A stretch of 63,982 nucleotides of DNA, counting the filler, from Thelocarpon superellum (lineage: Eukaryota): the NCBI GenBank assembly GCA_026025795.1. It is 3 parts of 3 records of this genome, joined end to end, with 100 filler letters (N's around TTAATTAATTAA, not from the genome) between each part and the next. Parts side by side here need not be neighbours in the genome. Positions count along the whole stretch, not along the records: positions 21,773 to 43,372 come from JAPEUG010000308.1; positions 43,473 to 63,982 come from JAPEUG010000323.1; 1 more part is not named here. One strand, 5' to 3'. Of this stretch, positions 39,078-51,072 are shown in pieces. The first letter of the stretch is position 1, and the number at the start of each line of letters is the position of its first letter. The position numbers and the translations under genes are program-made. Below the pieces are notes generated by a model. That model saw only the letters and a program-made list of their open reading frames with translations. It did no database searches and was not told where the DNA came from.

Positions 39078-39479
39078 TGTCGGGTGTTGGGTCTCGTCTT
39101 CCCCCTCTCTTGCCTTTGCTCTCCGCCCTCTCGACAGAGAATCCAATCCTTGGATTCCGAGCGGGGAAACTCGGTCACTCTTCTCTGTCTATTCGTGAAG
39201 TCTTCCTCTTTCCTTGATGATCCTCGATAGACGGGGAGAATGGCTGTCGACCGGATGGACTTGTTCGGTCGGCCACCCTTGGACGGTGGGTGGCGCGTTG
39301 ACGCGGGTATGGCAAGTTGAAGGCGATTGGGGCGAGTGATCGGGCAGTAGCTGGGGGAGAAACCGGACGTTGCTGCCGTGGAGTGATACCACTACAGCGC
39401 GTGATGTAGGGAGACATATGCTATCCGTACAGAGGAAGACGCGGATTGGTAATAAGCACGGGTGCAAGTAAGTTACGGA

Positions 39480-39569
39480 TGTAGGAATCAGAGCTGAATT
39501 GCTAAACTACGCGTAGTCGGGATGATAATAGGAGAAGGCACGTGACCAGAACACGTGCGCGCTCCTACA
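39480..39569 (+). mobile_element. 90-bp mini-element family A, copy 2
   Basis: TGTAGGA...TCCTACA ends, 4-bp TSD CGGA/CGGA. Confidence 0.92.
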
Positions 39570-39730
39570 CGGAGCGGTTTAGGTTCAATCTGACGCGCCC
39601 TCGTAAACTCTTGCCCCACCAACTTTCCCACCGAGTTGTTAGTGGAGCCGGCGCGCAGGAGCGCCGAAATCGGTAAGGATTCTCGAGTGCGCGCCTTTTT
39701 GTCCACCGCGTGCCAGCTCACACGGTCGGT

Positions 39731-39766
39731 CACTGCCCACTGCCCACTGCCCACTGCCCACTGCCC
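39731..39766. repeat. (CACTGCC)5 heptamer repeat
   Basis: Five tandem CACTGCC units. Confidence 0.85.
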
Positions 39767-40165
39767 GCATAGACATTTGCGCGCATGACGGCAAGTCTTG
39801 GTGCATGTCTGCATGAAACATGGAAATAGGCGACGTCGATAGGCAGTTTTACGTGCTTTTCATCATTCAATAGGCGGGTCGAGGGACGTCCTTAAGGCTG
39901 TTTGATGCTGGCATTCATGCATCAGCAGCTTGATTGGTCATGCCTTGCTGCGCAGCGTCACACGGTCTTCTCGCCGGCGAGATCCATTCCTGGCTTCCTA
40001 GCCAGGCGTCTGGGCAGGATTTCATGCGTCCCCATGTGTCTCGGCAGGATCCGTTCGTAGCCATGGCAGCCAAGTGATAAATAGTCCGTTATCCGTCGAC
40101 GACGGCAGCTCGTGCCATTCAGTTTCCTTGTCTACCCCAAGTTCTGGCAGAAAGCAATACGTAGC

Positions 40166-41074
40166 ATGAGGCCATTTCCAGCCCTGGTTGTTGCCTGCCT
40201 CCTCTCCACCAGCCGCGTGCTGGCTTCGCCCTTTGGCGCGGCAGGGGAGGAAGGGGTAGGGGCAGAGGAGGTAACGGTGGTGACCGGGCCACATGATTCC
40301 AATGACAACGAAGGGGATCAGTCATCGCAGGGAAACCCACGACCACGACCACCACCACCACCACCAACCAACACCAGTTGGACGCAATGCAGCGATACGC
40401 AAGTTGCGATTCTGGAAGAACTCCGGCACACGGCCTCATACCTGATCGCGCTCGCCTTGACCGTGGACATGAGCAACGGCAGCAACACAACGAGCTCGTT
40501 GACGGGATCTTCCATCTGGGATAGGTGCGTCTCTTGCCTCGTCAGGGTGATTGATTGGTGGTGATGTCGTCTGACCGAAAGTAGCTACTTCCTGGGAGCC
40601 AACAGCACCACCGTGACCAGGGAGTTTCTCTCCATGCTGACCACGCCGCAATCTGCGGACTGTTACGTAACGAACGAGCCCTGCGACGGAAGAGATAGTT
40701 ATGCCAGTAATATACCGCCACGCAACTATCTGGACGGAAAGTTCTGCCCGTGGTTCTTCAACAAGAGCTCTGCAGTTGCGCCCAGCAATGCCAGCTGCGA
40801 GATACCGACCGCCGACTGGATACCAAACACGGCCGAGCAGCTCGTGCTTCTATGGCTGGCCGAAACGGTCACGGGTACGGAATTTGAAGAAATACGGTAT
40901 ACCCTTTTCCAACTTCCCATGGATGGAACTGAGAATCCTGCCCTCGTGATCACGGCGATGCAAGAGCTCTGGGCTCGCAAGTCGTACCACTGCACCGGCG
41001 TTCATCCGGTGGCGCGCAGTCTGCAAGACGTCTTTACAAGCTACAAGTGGCCGGGAGAGGTGCCACAGCTGTGA
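40166..41074 (+). CDS. Secreted deuterolysin (M35)-like protein lacking HExxH
   Basis: Signal peptide MRPFPALVVACLLSTSRVLA; intron 40525-40584; Cys spacing and motifs CSDTQ, IWDSYF, FCPWFF resemble the M35 mature domain. Confidence 0.6.
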
Positions 41075-41429
41075 CGTGTGACGTGGCTGGTCGAAGAGAG
41101 GACGAGTCGAAGAGAAATGTGTTCTTGGCTTCTGCTGTGTTCTTGGCTTCTGCGTTTGCGTGAATCCACGATAGATGATTCCAAAGCTTCAGGGTGAAAT
41201 CATCGCAGACCTACATTCGTTAGAGCTCGGGTACATGCCGCACTGCATCTACCTTCAACTTGATTCTGATTCTGATCACAGTCCACCAACACGAGATGTC
41301 TCGCCAGGCTGTTGAAGAAGCGCCATCGCTTTACGTAGTCTCTCTACATGTACATTCCACCTTCCGAGGGTCGTGCGAGCCCGTCCCCTGACGCTTCCTT
41401 CCTGGGACTTCAGCACACCGCGATCAACC

Positions 41430-42768
41430 TCAAGACCCCCATGATCCAGGCTCATAGATACTAAGCGTAAGGTTGGCGGGAAGAATGACTGATTTGTTGA
41501 GATTGGCAATCCCACCCTCTGTCGTACCCTCTGTCCGCTTTCCCAGCATCGAGCTGCCGGACACCAGCATCCCACCACCTGGACATGCTGCGTTGAGGTA
41601 GGAGAGGGCCAGGGCAAGATTGGAAGCATTCGTGATTGGAACGTCGGAGTCGCTGGCGTCGATGCGCACCGTCATGTCCCCTACCACCTCCGATCAACCC
41701 CGTGTCTCATCAGCCAAAAGCGATCGGCTCCTATCCACGTACCATGTGTCGCCATCATCGGAGCCTTGGGCCGGACCGTTGCAGGGAACTTCCGCGTGAT
41801 CATCTGCTCCACTTCCCTGAAATCATCTTTCTGAGGGTGTCCGAATTTGGCCAGACATGCAAGCTTCGTGTGTGGAAAGGTCAACGCCGGCTGCGAGCTC
41901 AGGTCGCACGCTATTCGCCCGTCTTGCACCGCAAGGGCACATTGGTCGATCCACGACGTCCCCGGGCTGTAGTTTTGGTTGAGCTCTTCCAGCACCTGAA
42001 TCGTGTTGTCCAATTGAGGCTGAGGCATGCCTGCCATCTGTTGATGGAATTTCAACCCCTGGAGGACGAGGGTCAGAAAAGCCCTCCGAAGGACCGGGTT
42101 GAACCCCCTGGGCCCGGTGACGGTCACAAACATCGAGTCGCGCAATGCTACGCCAGTATGTCAGCTTCAAGACTTCTGACCACGTTGACAATGCCAGGCG
42201 CAGATATACCCACAGATTGTATGGTTTTGTATCAACCCCCTAAAGATGATGTCGTGGAGTAAGTTGCCCAGGCTGTCTACATGGAAACCACCCACTCCAT
42301 GCCGGACACAATCTTGAATGACAGTCCTAGCCATGCCCTTCACTTCATACTCCGAGGACATGTAGGAGACTGCGCCGGTGCCATTGACGTCTAAGTTGAT
42401 GAAACAGTCTGGAAGGGTCAGGCTTGGTCTCGTCATTGCCGCGCCATTGTCCGTTCGACCCTCCAAATTATTACTGCCGGCATGGAACATGACGTACTTT
42501 GCGAGTGGTAACGCTTTGGCGTTGTGATCTGTCCTGGTTTTGCACGAGCCGCGGGAGCATAATATACAAACTCCCTTTCAGACGGCATTCGACTGAGGGC
42601 GGCGTGGCACTCGAGCATTTTCATCTCTTGTCCAAGTGCTGCCGAACAGTACGAGCGTCCAATTCGCTGGAAGCCGGGGATCTGATAGCTGCGAACGGTG
42701 ACGAGGTGGCAGGCGAAGAGCGTAAGCGCATGGAGAAGGATGGACGGGAGGGACGCCGGGCGGCACAT
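41430..42768 (-). CDS. Secreted two-domain Cys-containing protein (effector-like)
   Basis: Signal peptide (SILLHALTLFACHLVTVRS). Three GT-AG introns join ORFs 42433-42795, 42167-42490, 41681-42145 and 41430-41687 in frame. Two similar domains end in DCVRHGVGG and AACPGGG. Confidence 0.7.
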
Positions 42769-43095
42769 GGTCGTCAAGATCCCACGGCAGGACAACTTGG
42801 TGGGCAGTGATCACCTTTAAACATCGAGGGCACCCCGCTCGGAGAGCTTGACGGGCACGAGCACCTTCGCCTTCGCCTTCGCCTTCGCCTTTGCCCTCGC
42901 CCTCAACCTCACCGGCGCGCGTCGTCGTGCACCTCGCGAGATCTTTACATGGAGCCATGTGCAGCCAGAATCCGGTCAAGATAGAGTTCCACGGAGCCGA
43001 ATCATGCGTCCGGCGTGCTCGCGGCTGATCATGACGCCCGTTTACCTCTCAAGCTGCGGACCAGTTAACGCGTCACAACTCAAGCATGTTAGTAC

Positions 43096-43185
43096 TGTAG
43101 GAATCAGAGCTGAATAGCTAATCTACGCGTAGTCGGGATAGTAATAGGATTGGGCACGTGACCAGATCATGTGCGCGCTCCTACA
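43096..43185 (+). mobile_element. 90-bp mini-element family A, copy 3
   Basis: TGTAGGA...TCCTACA ends, 4-bp TSD GTAC/GTAC. Confidence 0.92.
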
Positions 43186-43372
43186 GTACTTAGCCTCCTG
43201 CTGGAAAGGTGAAAGGCGAAAAGCTAGAGGCGAGAGGCGACTCGTCTCCGTAAAACTCTCGGCTCTAACACGAGTAATCCCGCCAACCATGTGCCCTTCG
43301 ACCTAAACTACCGGGTCCGGCAGTCACGCGGCTATTCCTCACCAGATATACAATTGATAAGACTGAAAGGTA

Positions 43373-43472
43373 NNNNNNNNNNNNNNNNNNNNNNNNNNNN
43401 NNNNNNNNNNNNNNNNTTAATTAATTAANNNNNNNNNNNNNNNNNNNNNNNNNNNNNNNNNNNNNNNNNNNN
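43373..43472. other. Artificial contig-join spacer
   Basis: N run, TTAATTAATTAA, N run; 100 nt in total. Confidence 0.95.
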
Positions 43473-43578
43473 CGTCCTCGTCCTCGTCCTCTACCGCTTT
43501 CGTCCTTCTGGCTACCGCTCCCTTCATGCTCGGTATTCCGCGCCGCACCGATCGATTCTAACATCTTTCGCTACGAAG

Positions 43579-44308
43579 GTATGGACGTCTTGTGCGATGC
43601 GACATCCCCGCTCCTCGCACGGCGGCCAGTCGTCTGTGAGTCTCGACGCCCCGTGGACTGGTGGACGGCACTCCCCTAACACTCCCAGCAGGTTTGCGTT
43701 TGTGGAGTATGAGAGTCGACGTGATGCAGACGATGCGTACTATGAGATGCACAACAAGCGGATCGGTCGTGGGGACGACATGTTGAAGGTTGAGGTAAGC
43801 TATTCGTCGTCCCCAAGTGCCAGCGTGCAACAATGATTGATTCTCTGCAGTGGGCCCGTACTCCTCCATCAGCTTCGTGGCGCTTCGACTCGGGTCGAGA
43901 CGGTCGAGACGGGCGCGAGCGCGGTCCGGGTGGGCCAGGCGGCCGCCGTGACCGTTCGCCTCGTCGGCGATCGGGCTCGCCCCCTCGTCGAGGCGGGCGT
44001 AGTGATTACTCGCCCCGCAAGGATGACCGCCGCGAGCGCGACTATGACCGCCGTGACCGCGACCGGGATCGGGACCGGGATCGGTCTCGGAGCCCCGATG
44101 ATCGTGACCGCGAGCGTGATCGTGACCGAGATACCAAGGACGAGCGTGATGGACACGAGGGCGAAAACGGCCTGAATGGCAATGAGCGGAAGGGTATGAC
44201 CGCACCCTCTTTCCTTTCCATCCACGATCCAGTCTAAGCGGCATTCTAACCTCGGAGGAAGCAGACTCGCCTCCTCCGGTGCACGATGACCTAGACACAG
44301 CAGAATAG
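43579..44308 (+). CDS. srp1: SR-family RRM splicing factor Srp1, 5'-truncated by the gap
   Basis: YGRLVRCDIPAPRTASSRL|FAFVEYESRRDADDAYYEMHNKRIG...KVE|WARTPPSASWRFD, followed by an RS/RD-rich tail; three further introns. Confidence 0.88.
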
Positions 44309-44821
44309 TGGCATCAAGGAGAGTGAATGTCTACTGCACAGCGAGGCAACCCACGAGTAAAATAAGCAGGCGATGGGCCAGGGGACGGCAGGAAGTAGCC
44401 AACCTTCCCAGTCGAATCGAGCCCGTGATAAAAGCGAGGCCCCTCTTCCCCTGCCCAACCCCCCCTCGTTCTTTTCTCTTCTTTCTCCACGAACATTTCG
44501 CGCGGTGGCCGTGGTTGTAGTTCTTTATTGCGTAGAGTCAGTTGAGTCCGTAGAGTAAGAGGGGATAGGGAGGGGGTGGAGGAGTGTTCTTCACTCGTAG
44601 TTTAAGTTGACCATTTGCTTCCAGTTAAAATGTGCGTCCCCAGTCACTTTTGTAAAACAAGACGTCTCTCTTGTCCTCTGTTCCTATTTTCCCTACAAGT
44701 AGCTACGAACATGAGGGATATGATGAGAAGAAGTCGAATCATCTCTCTCGTATACCCCTACACACCCCTCTACACCACTCTTCTTCTGCCCCTGTTAATT
44801 CACGCTCCCTCTTACTCTCAT

Positions 44822-47095
44822 TCACATCTTCTCATACGTAGCCATCAGCGAGCCTGGATAATACCACACATGATTAGCACCTCTCTCTCTCTCTCTCTCC
44901 CTCTCTCTCTCTCACGCACTTCCAGGGGGGGAAAAGAAAGGGAAACCCCACCAATAAACGTAACCAACAAGCGACTGCGAACCTGGACGACATCGTCGGG
45001 CAGAACCCAGATGGTGGCGCCGAGCTTGCGGGCGATGGAGATGGCCAGCTTTGCATTGGCGTAGCTGTCGACGTCGGAGCGGCCGGGGGTGACGAGGTCG
45101 TAGTCGACGTAGGACGACTTCATGCCGTTCAGCACGTCGAGGAAGAAGACGCCCGTGCCGAGCGAGGTGTCCTTGAAGCTGCGGATGGCCGTGCTCTTGC
45201 CCCCCTTGCGCGACATGTCGTTGGCCCATTTCACCATCTCCGCGTCCGAGATCTCGCGCTTGCCCATGCGTGCCGCGAGCGCCGACAGCGTCTCCGAGAT
45301 GTCCTTGCGCATCAGCTGCCACGTGATGGCCAGCGTGAGCGTGCGCTGCCCGTCCGTGATGTCGGCGCCTTGGATCCCAACCAGCGAGAAGTGGTTCTGC
45401 TTGCCGAGTTCCACGGCGTAGTTGGTGTTTTCCACCGCTTTGAAGCGCATCAGCTCCCCGCCCGAGGCTGGAGCCTTGTTCACGTGCCGCCAGTTGACGC
45501 TGCCCTTGATCACTTTGTCGTAGGCTTGCAGCAGGATGGTGCCGTCGCGCAGGTCGTCGAAGAGCGAGTTGACTGCTGGTTGCACGTCGAGGCTGTTCAG
45601 CCACAGCGTGAAGACCCGGGCTTCGCGTTCGCCCTCGGCGTCAAAGTCCTCCACCTCGAGCTTGTCCTCTTCCGTGATGGGGTCGAGGCCCGGGTGGGTG
45701 TTGAAGAGGTGCGCGACAAAGGCCAGGTTGAGCTTCGGGTTCCCCGCCACCAGCGACGTCGGCGTCAGGAACTTTCGGCAGTCCAGCTTGTCCGCGTTGT
45801 CCAACACCTGCTCGGCGCGTTGTAGCAGATCCCGCGTCTGGAGCGGGGCGCGCGAACAGACCGTCGGCGCCAGCTGGTTGAGCAGCACCGTGTAGTTCTC
45901 GCCGTCCTTGACGTCGCCGGAGAAGTTGGCCACGCTGCGTGCGTCAGCGTCGTGCTCGTCCTACGGCCCATCCGCCTGCCCGTCCACGTCACTCACCGTC
46001 GCTCCCATCTGGCCGCCTTGAGATGGTAGTTGACCCAGCGTAGTAAAATCTGCTCCGGCGGCAGGCGCAAGAACTGCTCCAGCGTCTCGTCATCCTCCAG
46101 CAAGCGGTACAGCTCCGGGTGCAGTTTGATGTCGATCTTGCCCAACAGCCCGCGTCGGATGATCTGCCAGATCATGCCCAGAATCAGATGCTCTTTGACC
46201 TCGATGATGTCGCCGCTGCCGATGTTGACCACGGAACAGCCGATGGCCTTGGCCGAGTTGATGACGATGTTGTTGTTCTCCGTCATCTGGAAGGCGTTCA
46301 GCTGCTTGATCTTCTTGCCCGGCCGATTCAGCACGCGCTCGTCGATCGTGTCGGGCACGCTGTCGTTGATGAGCTTGGCCAGGACCAGGCCGTCCTTGCA
46401 CTCGTCAAACATCTCAAAGGTGTCGGTGGGGAAGGGGAGGCGTTTGCCAATGTCAACGTCGCCGGCCAACACGGCGTTGATGTGTCGCGTGAACTCCGTC
46501 CGCTCTTCTTCGTTGATGGTGTGAGACACGTTGGACGACGAGCCTTGGATCTGGATCCGGCCGCCGACGCTGGCCTTGGGCCCATGGGTCGGCGACAGCG
46601 GTGACATCGGCGTCGCCGCCGCGGGACGGGCGGGCGCGGCCGACATACGTTTTTGTGCGGGCGATGACACGCGGAGTTTGGAGATGAGCTTGAGGGAGGG
46701 GTCCGTCAGCGGGTCGTGAAGAAGGCCCGGGAGGGGGGGTGGGGGCGGGGGCATCCATACATCGACGTAGTCGTCCAGCTCTACCCGTCGCGAACTGTCC
46801 AGTTCGACTTCTTTGAGCGCTTGTCGGACGACATCGTATGGCTGATGCTCGGACTGTTGCGTGGCCTTCAGCACCGTCGCCTCGTCGATGTATCCTCGAT
46901 CCTCCACGTCCAGCCGACGGAAGGCGTCTTGTAGTCCGAAGATCTCATCCTGCTGGAACTGGGGGTACTTCCTGATCGTCCCGCGCACGTCAGTCGATGC
47001 AGTCGATGCAGTCGATGCAGTCGCGAGCACAAGCCCGACGGGGAGGCGCGTCAGGGCAGAGCCGGAGCTTACCGCTGGAGCTTGATTACGTTCAT
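44822..47095 (-). CDS. sac6: Fimbrin (actin-bundling protein with EF-hand-like N-terminus and four CH domains)
   Basis: MNVIKLQR|KYPQF..., HTINEEERTEFTRHIN, ECKDGLVLAKLIN, IKLHPELYRLL, EGEREARVFTLWLNSL, NAKLAISIARKLGA, end LLVTFIG|SLMATYEKM; four introns. Confidence 0.96.
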
Positions 47096-47897
47096 GATGC
47101 TCTCGGTTGATGGCCGGTAATCGTTACGCTCAGCCGGAAGGAGAACAGCGCATGGACTCAGAGAGGGCGCGCAAGAGGGGAGGGAGAGCGAAGGCTTCTG
47201 CCAGCGGAGGAGAGGGGAGAGGAAAAGCTTGATGGGTGACGCGTCCGAAGACTGGTCTCAGCTCATGGGATTCGGTGGGGGGAGGGATGAGATTGGTGCC
47301 ATTTCGTACGCGAGCATCAACGGCGGGGTGGCGGGGCAGGGCGACCAGAGGTACAAGGGTTGTAGGCAGCAGTACCGGAAAGCGACTTTCCCTTGGTACC
47401 AGATCCTCGTCTCAGGATGTACTCGCCCCGTAGTCATTGGTGCTGCACTCCGTACCTGTACCGATGGAGTGCGAACAGGTCCTCGCCTGTGCCGGACAGA
47501 AGCAAGACGACTCATGAATACAGTGATTCCACGCACTCTAGCTCTGGGCAACGAGTGTCATCGTGCGGTCCCAACATGGTTCCAGAAATCACGAGTACGA
47601 AGGACATGGTCTCCGCTCCAGTTGCTTGATTCCATCCCCTCCGTCGCGGAAGGTGGAGGATTGAAAGGAGTTCATGGCTCGGATCTCGAGTCGTTTACAA
47701 TCCACGACGCATCTATACCGTCAATACCAAGTCTATGCCAGGCTGATCTCCACCATCGACCCTCACATCGTATTCAGGCCCAGCCTGCCATGGCCCTCTT
47801 TGAACGCAATGACATGAGCGCCGTCCGCTATTTCCATCTTCTGCGGTGTTCAGTGCGTCCAGGCCGACGTCGGATGGACGGCCAGAGTCCTCCACCT

Positions 47898-50800
47898 TTA
47901 GACGCCGGGACGTGGGCGCGTGGAAGAGGGCACACGCGCGCTGCGCGACCGCTGGAGGACGCCGTGGCGAGAAAGCAGTTGCGAGAGCATGAAGTGGCTG
48001 ACGTCTTCGTCGCCCCAGTAAGAAAGATGGCTGGCGATGCTGGCGATGAGCGTGATGTCGAAGACGCCCCTGTCCAAGCGGTCAGTCGCAGCATCAGACG
48101 AGGACGGAGGATGCGTGCAAGATCAGCGCGGGGCGGGGGCTACATACTCTTGGATGCTGAAGTCGACGCGGCCGGTGGAGTTTAATGCGCGCACCTTGGC
48201 CTCCTCGTGCCGCAATCGTCGCCCCCGGCGCTCGGCGGCCTGCCACTCCGCCGACTCACCCAGATCGCGCGCCCCGTCGCTTTGCTGGCTCTTTCGCCGC
48301 TTTTCGAAGCCGGCGTAGAGGGTCTCCATCTCGGCGTCGATCAACGTGGGCGGGTGTTGCCCCGCCTGCCCCGCCTCGAGCGCATCCTGTGCCACCTGTC
48401 GCTTCTTGCCCTCGTCCGCCCGCTCGCGCTCGTCCTCTGGCGCAAGGACGCCGCTGCCCACGATGTTGGTCCCCGCCCCGGCCGACAGCGCCACGCTGAC
48501 GGGGCCCGACGAGCCCGGCGTGCCCGGGCGAGGGATGCCACGACCGTCGTCCGGCGTCAGGCCCAGGCTCCGGTGCAGGATAGTGTTGGCGATGCCCGAG
48601 CTGAAGCTCGTCCACAGCCCGCTCACGCTCTGGCCCACCCGTGCCCCGATCCCCGTCAGGCCCTGGCCCATGGGCGCCCCGAAGATGCCCTTCTTCGTGT
48701 ACGGCAGCGGCTGCGGCTTCAGCGGAGCCATGGCGGGCGAGATCAGCGGCTCGATGCGGTAGCTGATGGGATCGGTGGGATGGAAGATGTTGAACAGCTG
48801 CCCGCATTTGGGCGCCGAGACCGTCACCGGCACAGGCGTCCTGGACGATGTCGTCGGCGCCGACTTGCGTTTCTGCCGCGTCGCCGTGCCGCCCGCATCA
48901 CCCAGGAAGGGATCGTCCAGGAACTCGCCATCAAACGGCCCGCGCCGCGCCGGCGTCCCTGTCGACGCTCGCCCCGCCACCGTGCGGCCGCGCAGCATCT
49001 GGAAGAGACCGATGGGCGAGCCCAGACAGAAGAAGTTGACCGCATCGAAGTCAAGGTCGCGCTGCGGATCGCGGCGCTCCGACGTCGTGCCCTGATCGCA
49101 CAAGATGTCGAAAAGGATGGCGGACCCGAGCGAGTGCCCGACCAGGCTCACCTGGCCCTGGAAGTGCGGGTTCCGCGCCAAGAAGAGACGGTAGATGCGG
49201 TTACACTCGTGTTGGACGATCCCGGCGATATGCTCGCGATACGAGCTCTGGTAGAGGAGGATGTCGAGCGCCAGATCGGTGATGAGGTTGCGTACGGCCG
49301 GCACTCCTTCGACCGTGATGTCGTCCAGGCTTGGGTAGATGTCCTCTTCCTCGGGCAGGCTTGGCAGCTCGCCCAGGTCGTGCTCATGCTCTTTGCGTGC
49401 CGCCCGGTGTCGCTGCTTGGGAAAATCGAGCAGATGGCGCCAGCAGACGGGCAGCACCTGCACCCGGCAGTTCTTCGGCAGCCGCTCCACTTCCGAGTTC
49501 AGAGCCTGCAGGTCCGCCGATGATGCGTACACGGCCTTGAGCGTCTTGCGGAGCACGTTGACGTCGTGCACAAAATTCACGCTCTCCATCCGCAGGCCCA
49601 ACCGTTGCCCGATGCCGTGCGTCACCAGCACCACGTGTTCAATGTCGCGATTCTGCTCTTCGCTGTCCTCGCCGCGATAATCGTCTTGCATCTCCTTCTC
49701 GTCGCGTCGCCGCGCCTCTTCTGCCTGCTGCGCTGGATCTTCCGCCTCGGCCGCGTTGACCATGTCCGACATGGTCCGCTCCAGCGCCTGCCGTCGTCGG
49801 TCCGACTGCGCCATCGCTCGCGCGGCCTTGGCCCGCTGCCGTCGCGACGTCTTGCCATCGCGTCGCGGCGCATCATCGAGCGCCTCGCTCACGCTCGCCC
49901 CGTCCTCGGACGCAGACGTCTCGGCGGCGGACCCGTCTGCCGAAGCATCGCCGTCGCCCTTGCTTTCTTTGGTCTTGCCTGGCTCGCTGTACCCGCGCAC
50001 AACCTTGACACCGCCCAGGTGGCCGCCGCCGGCGAACCGCTGGTACATGGTGCTGCTCATCCGCGACAGGAAATCGTCCGTGAGAATCCACGCCGTCGTC
50101 CCGTCTTGGTATGTCACCACCGAATTGATGTGTGCGCCAAAGAGTCGATGCGTCGGTAGATGTGCGGCGGGCGCCGACGTGGCCTCCCGGGTGCCTGCGC
50201 TCTTCTCGCTCGGCGGCGCCGGGGGGACCTCGTGCAGGGAGTCGGCCGAGGCCTGGTGACGAAGGCCCGGCTGCGTCGGCGCCAGCTCTCCGAGGTCGTG
50301 GCTCGCCGGGACGGAGCTCGATCGCGCGTGACTGGTGGGCGAGGACACTTGGAGCGGGAAGCGAAAGGGCTTGACCTTGAGATAACCTTCCTCCAGCTGC
50401 GTGGCCAGGTTCTCGTCGCAGGTGCGGAGCGTCGACCCCTCCTGGTAGAACCAGGTGCCACGGCGCACCTCGTAGATAGGGCCCAGCCAGTAGACAGGCG
50501 CCAGCTCACGTCGCTCAATGTCCACATCGAAGAGATTGTCCTCGTTGACCGGCACCTTGACCCTGCCCTCGGGGTCGGGCTCGTCCGCGGCGGCGACGGG
50601 AGGATGTCGGCACGCATCGTGATCATCGGCCAGCTTCTGGAAGGCCAGCTCGACCGCACGCGAGTCGCGTGGGGAGAAGGCGACAAACTTCTTGGGCGGC
50701 GGCGCTGGCTTCGCGTCCGCCGCCGGTTGCGCGAGGGGCAGAGGCTTGCGTTTCGGCACCTACAGAGCCCGTGGCGTCAGTCATCAGGACATGGGAGACA

Positions 50801-51072
50801 GGCCCCCGAGGACGTACATCGACGGCGTAAAACCACCGGGCGTTCAACGGAGGGCAGTCGCGCGGGTAGCTCTTGGGATCCAGACGATGCCGCGGGTTCA
50901 GGGCGTGATCACCCCCCTGCTGGACGGCCGGCGCCGAGTCACTCGCCGGGGCCGCGGCGGCAGCGTCCGGTCCAGTCATGGTCGAAGCCTTGGCCGTGCT
51001 GGCTTTCGCACCCCACGGCGAGAGGCCGCCGAGACCAGCCGACAGGTACGACTTGTCGCCGGGGTTGGCCAT
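47898..51072 (-). CDS. DDHD-domain phospholipase A1 (Ddl1-like)
   Basis: PVYWLGPIYEVRRGTWF, VLVTHGIGQ, LPVCWR, GHSLGS lipase motif, FFCLGSPIGLF, NIFHPTDPISYRIEPL; terminal exon SHLSYWGDEDV; two introns. Confidence 0.92.

Noticed and set aside
39480..43185. Copies 2 and 3 as paired LTRs of one element carrying two secreted genes
   Set aside because: Each copy has its own TSD (CGGA and GTAC), the outer flanks do not match, and no PBS/PPT is evident; these are independent insertions.
48207..49523. Long antisense ORFs over the DDHD, Prp22, SUN and GPI13 genes
   Set aside because: Shadow ORFs produced by GC3-rich codon usage of the real gene on the opposite strand.
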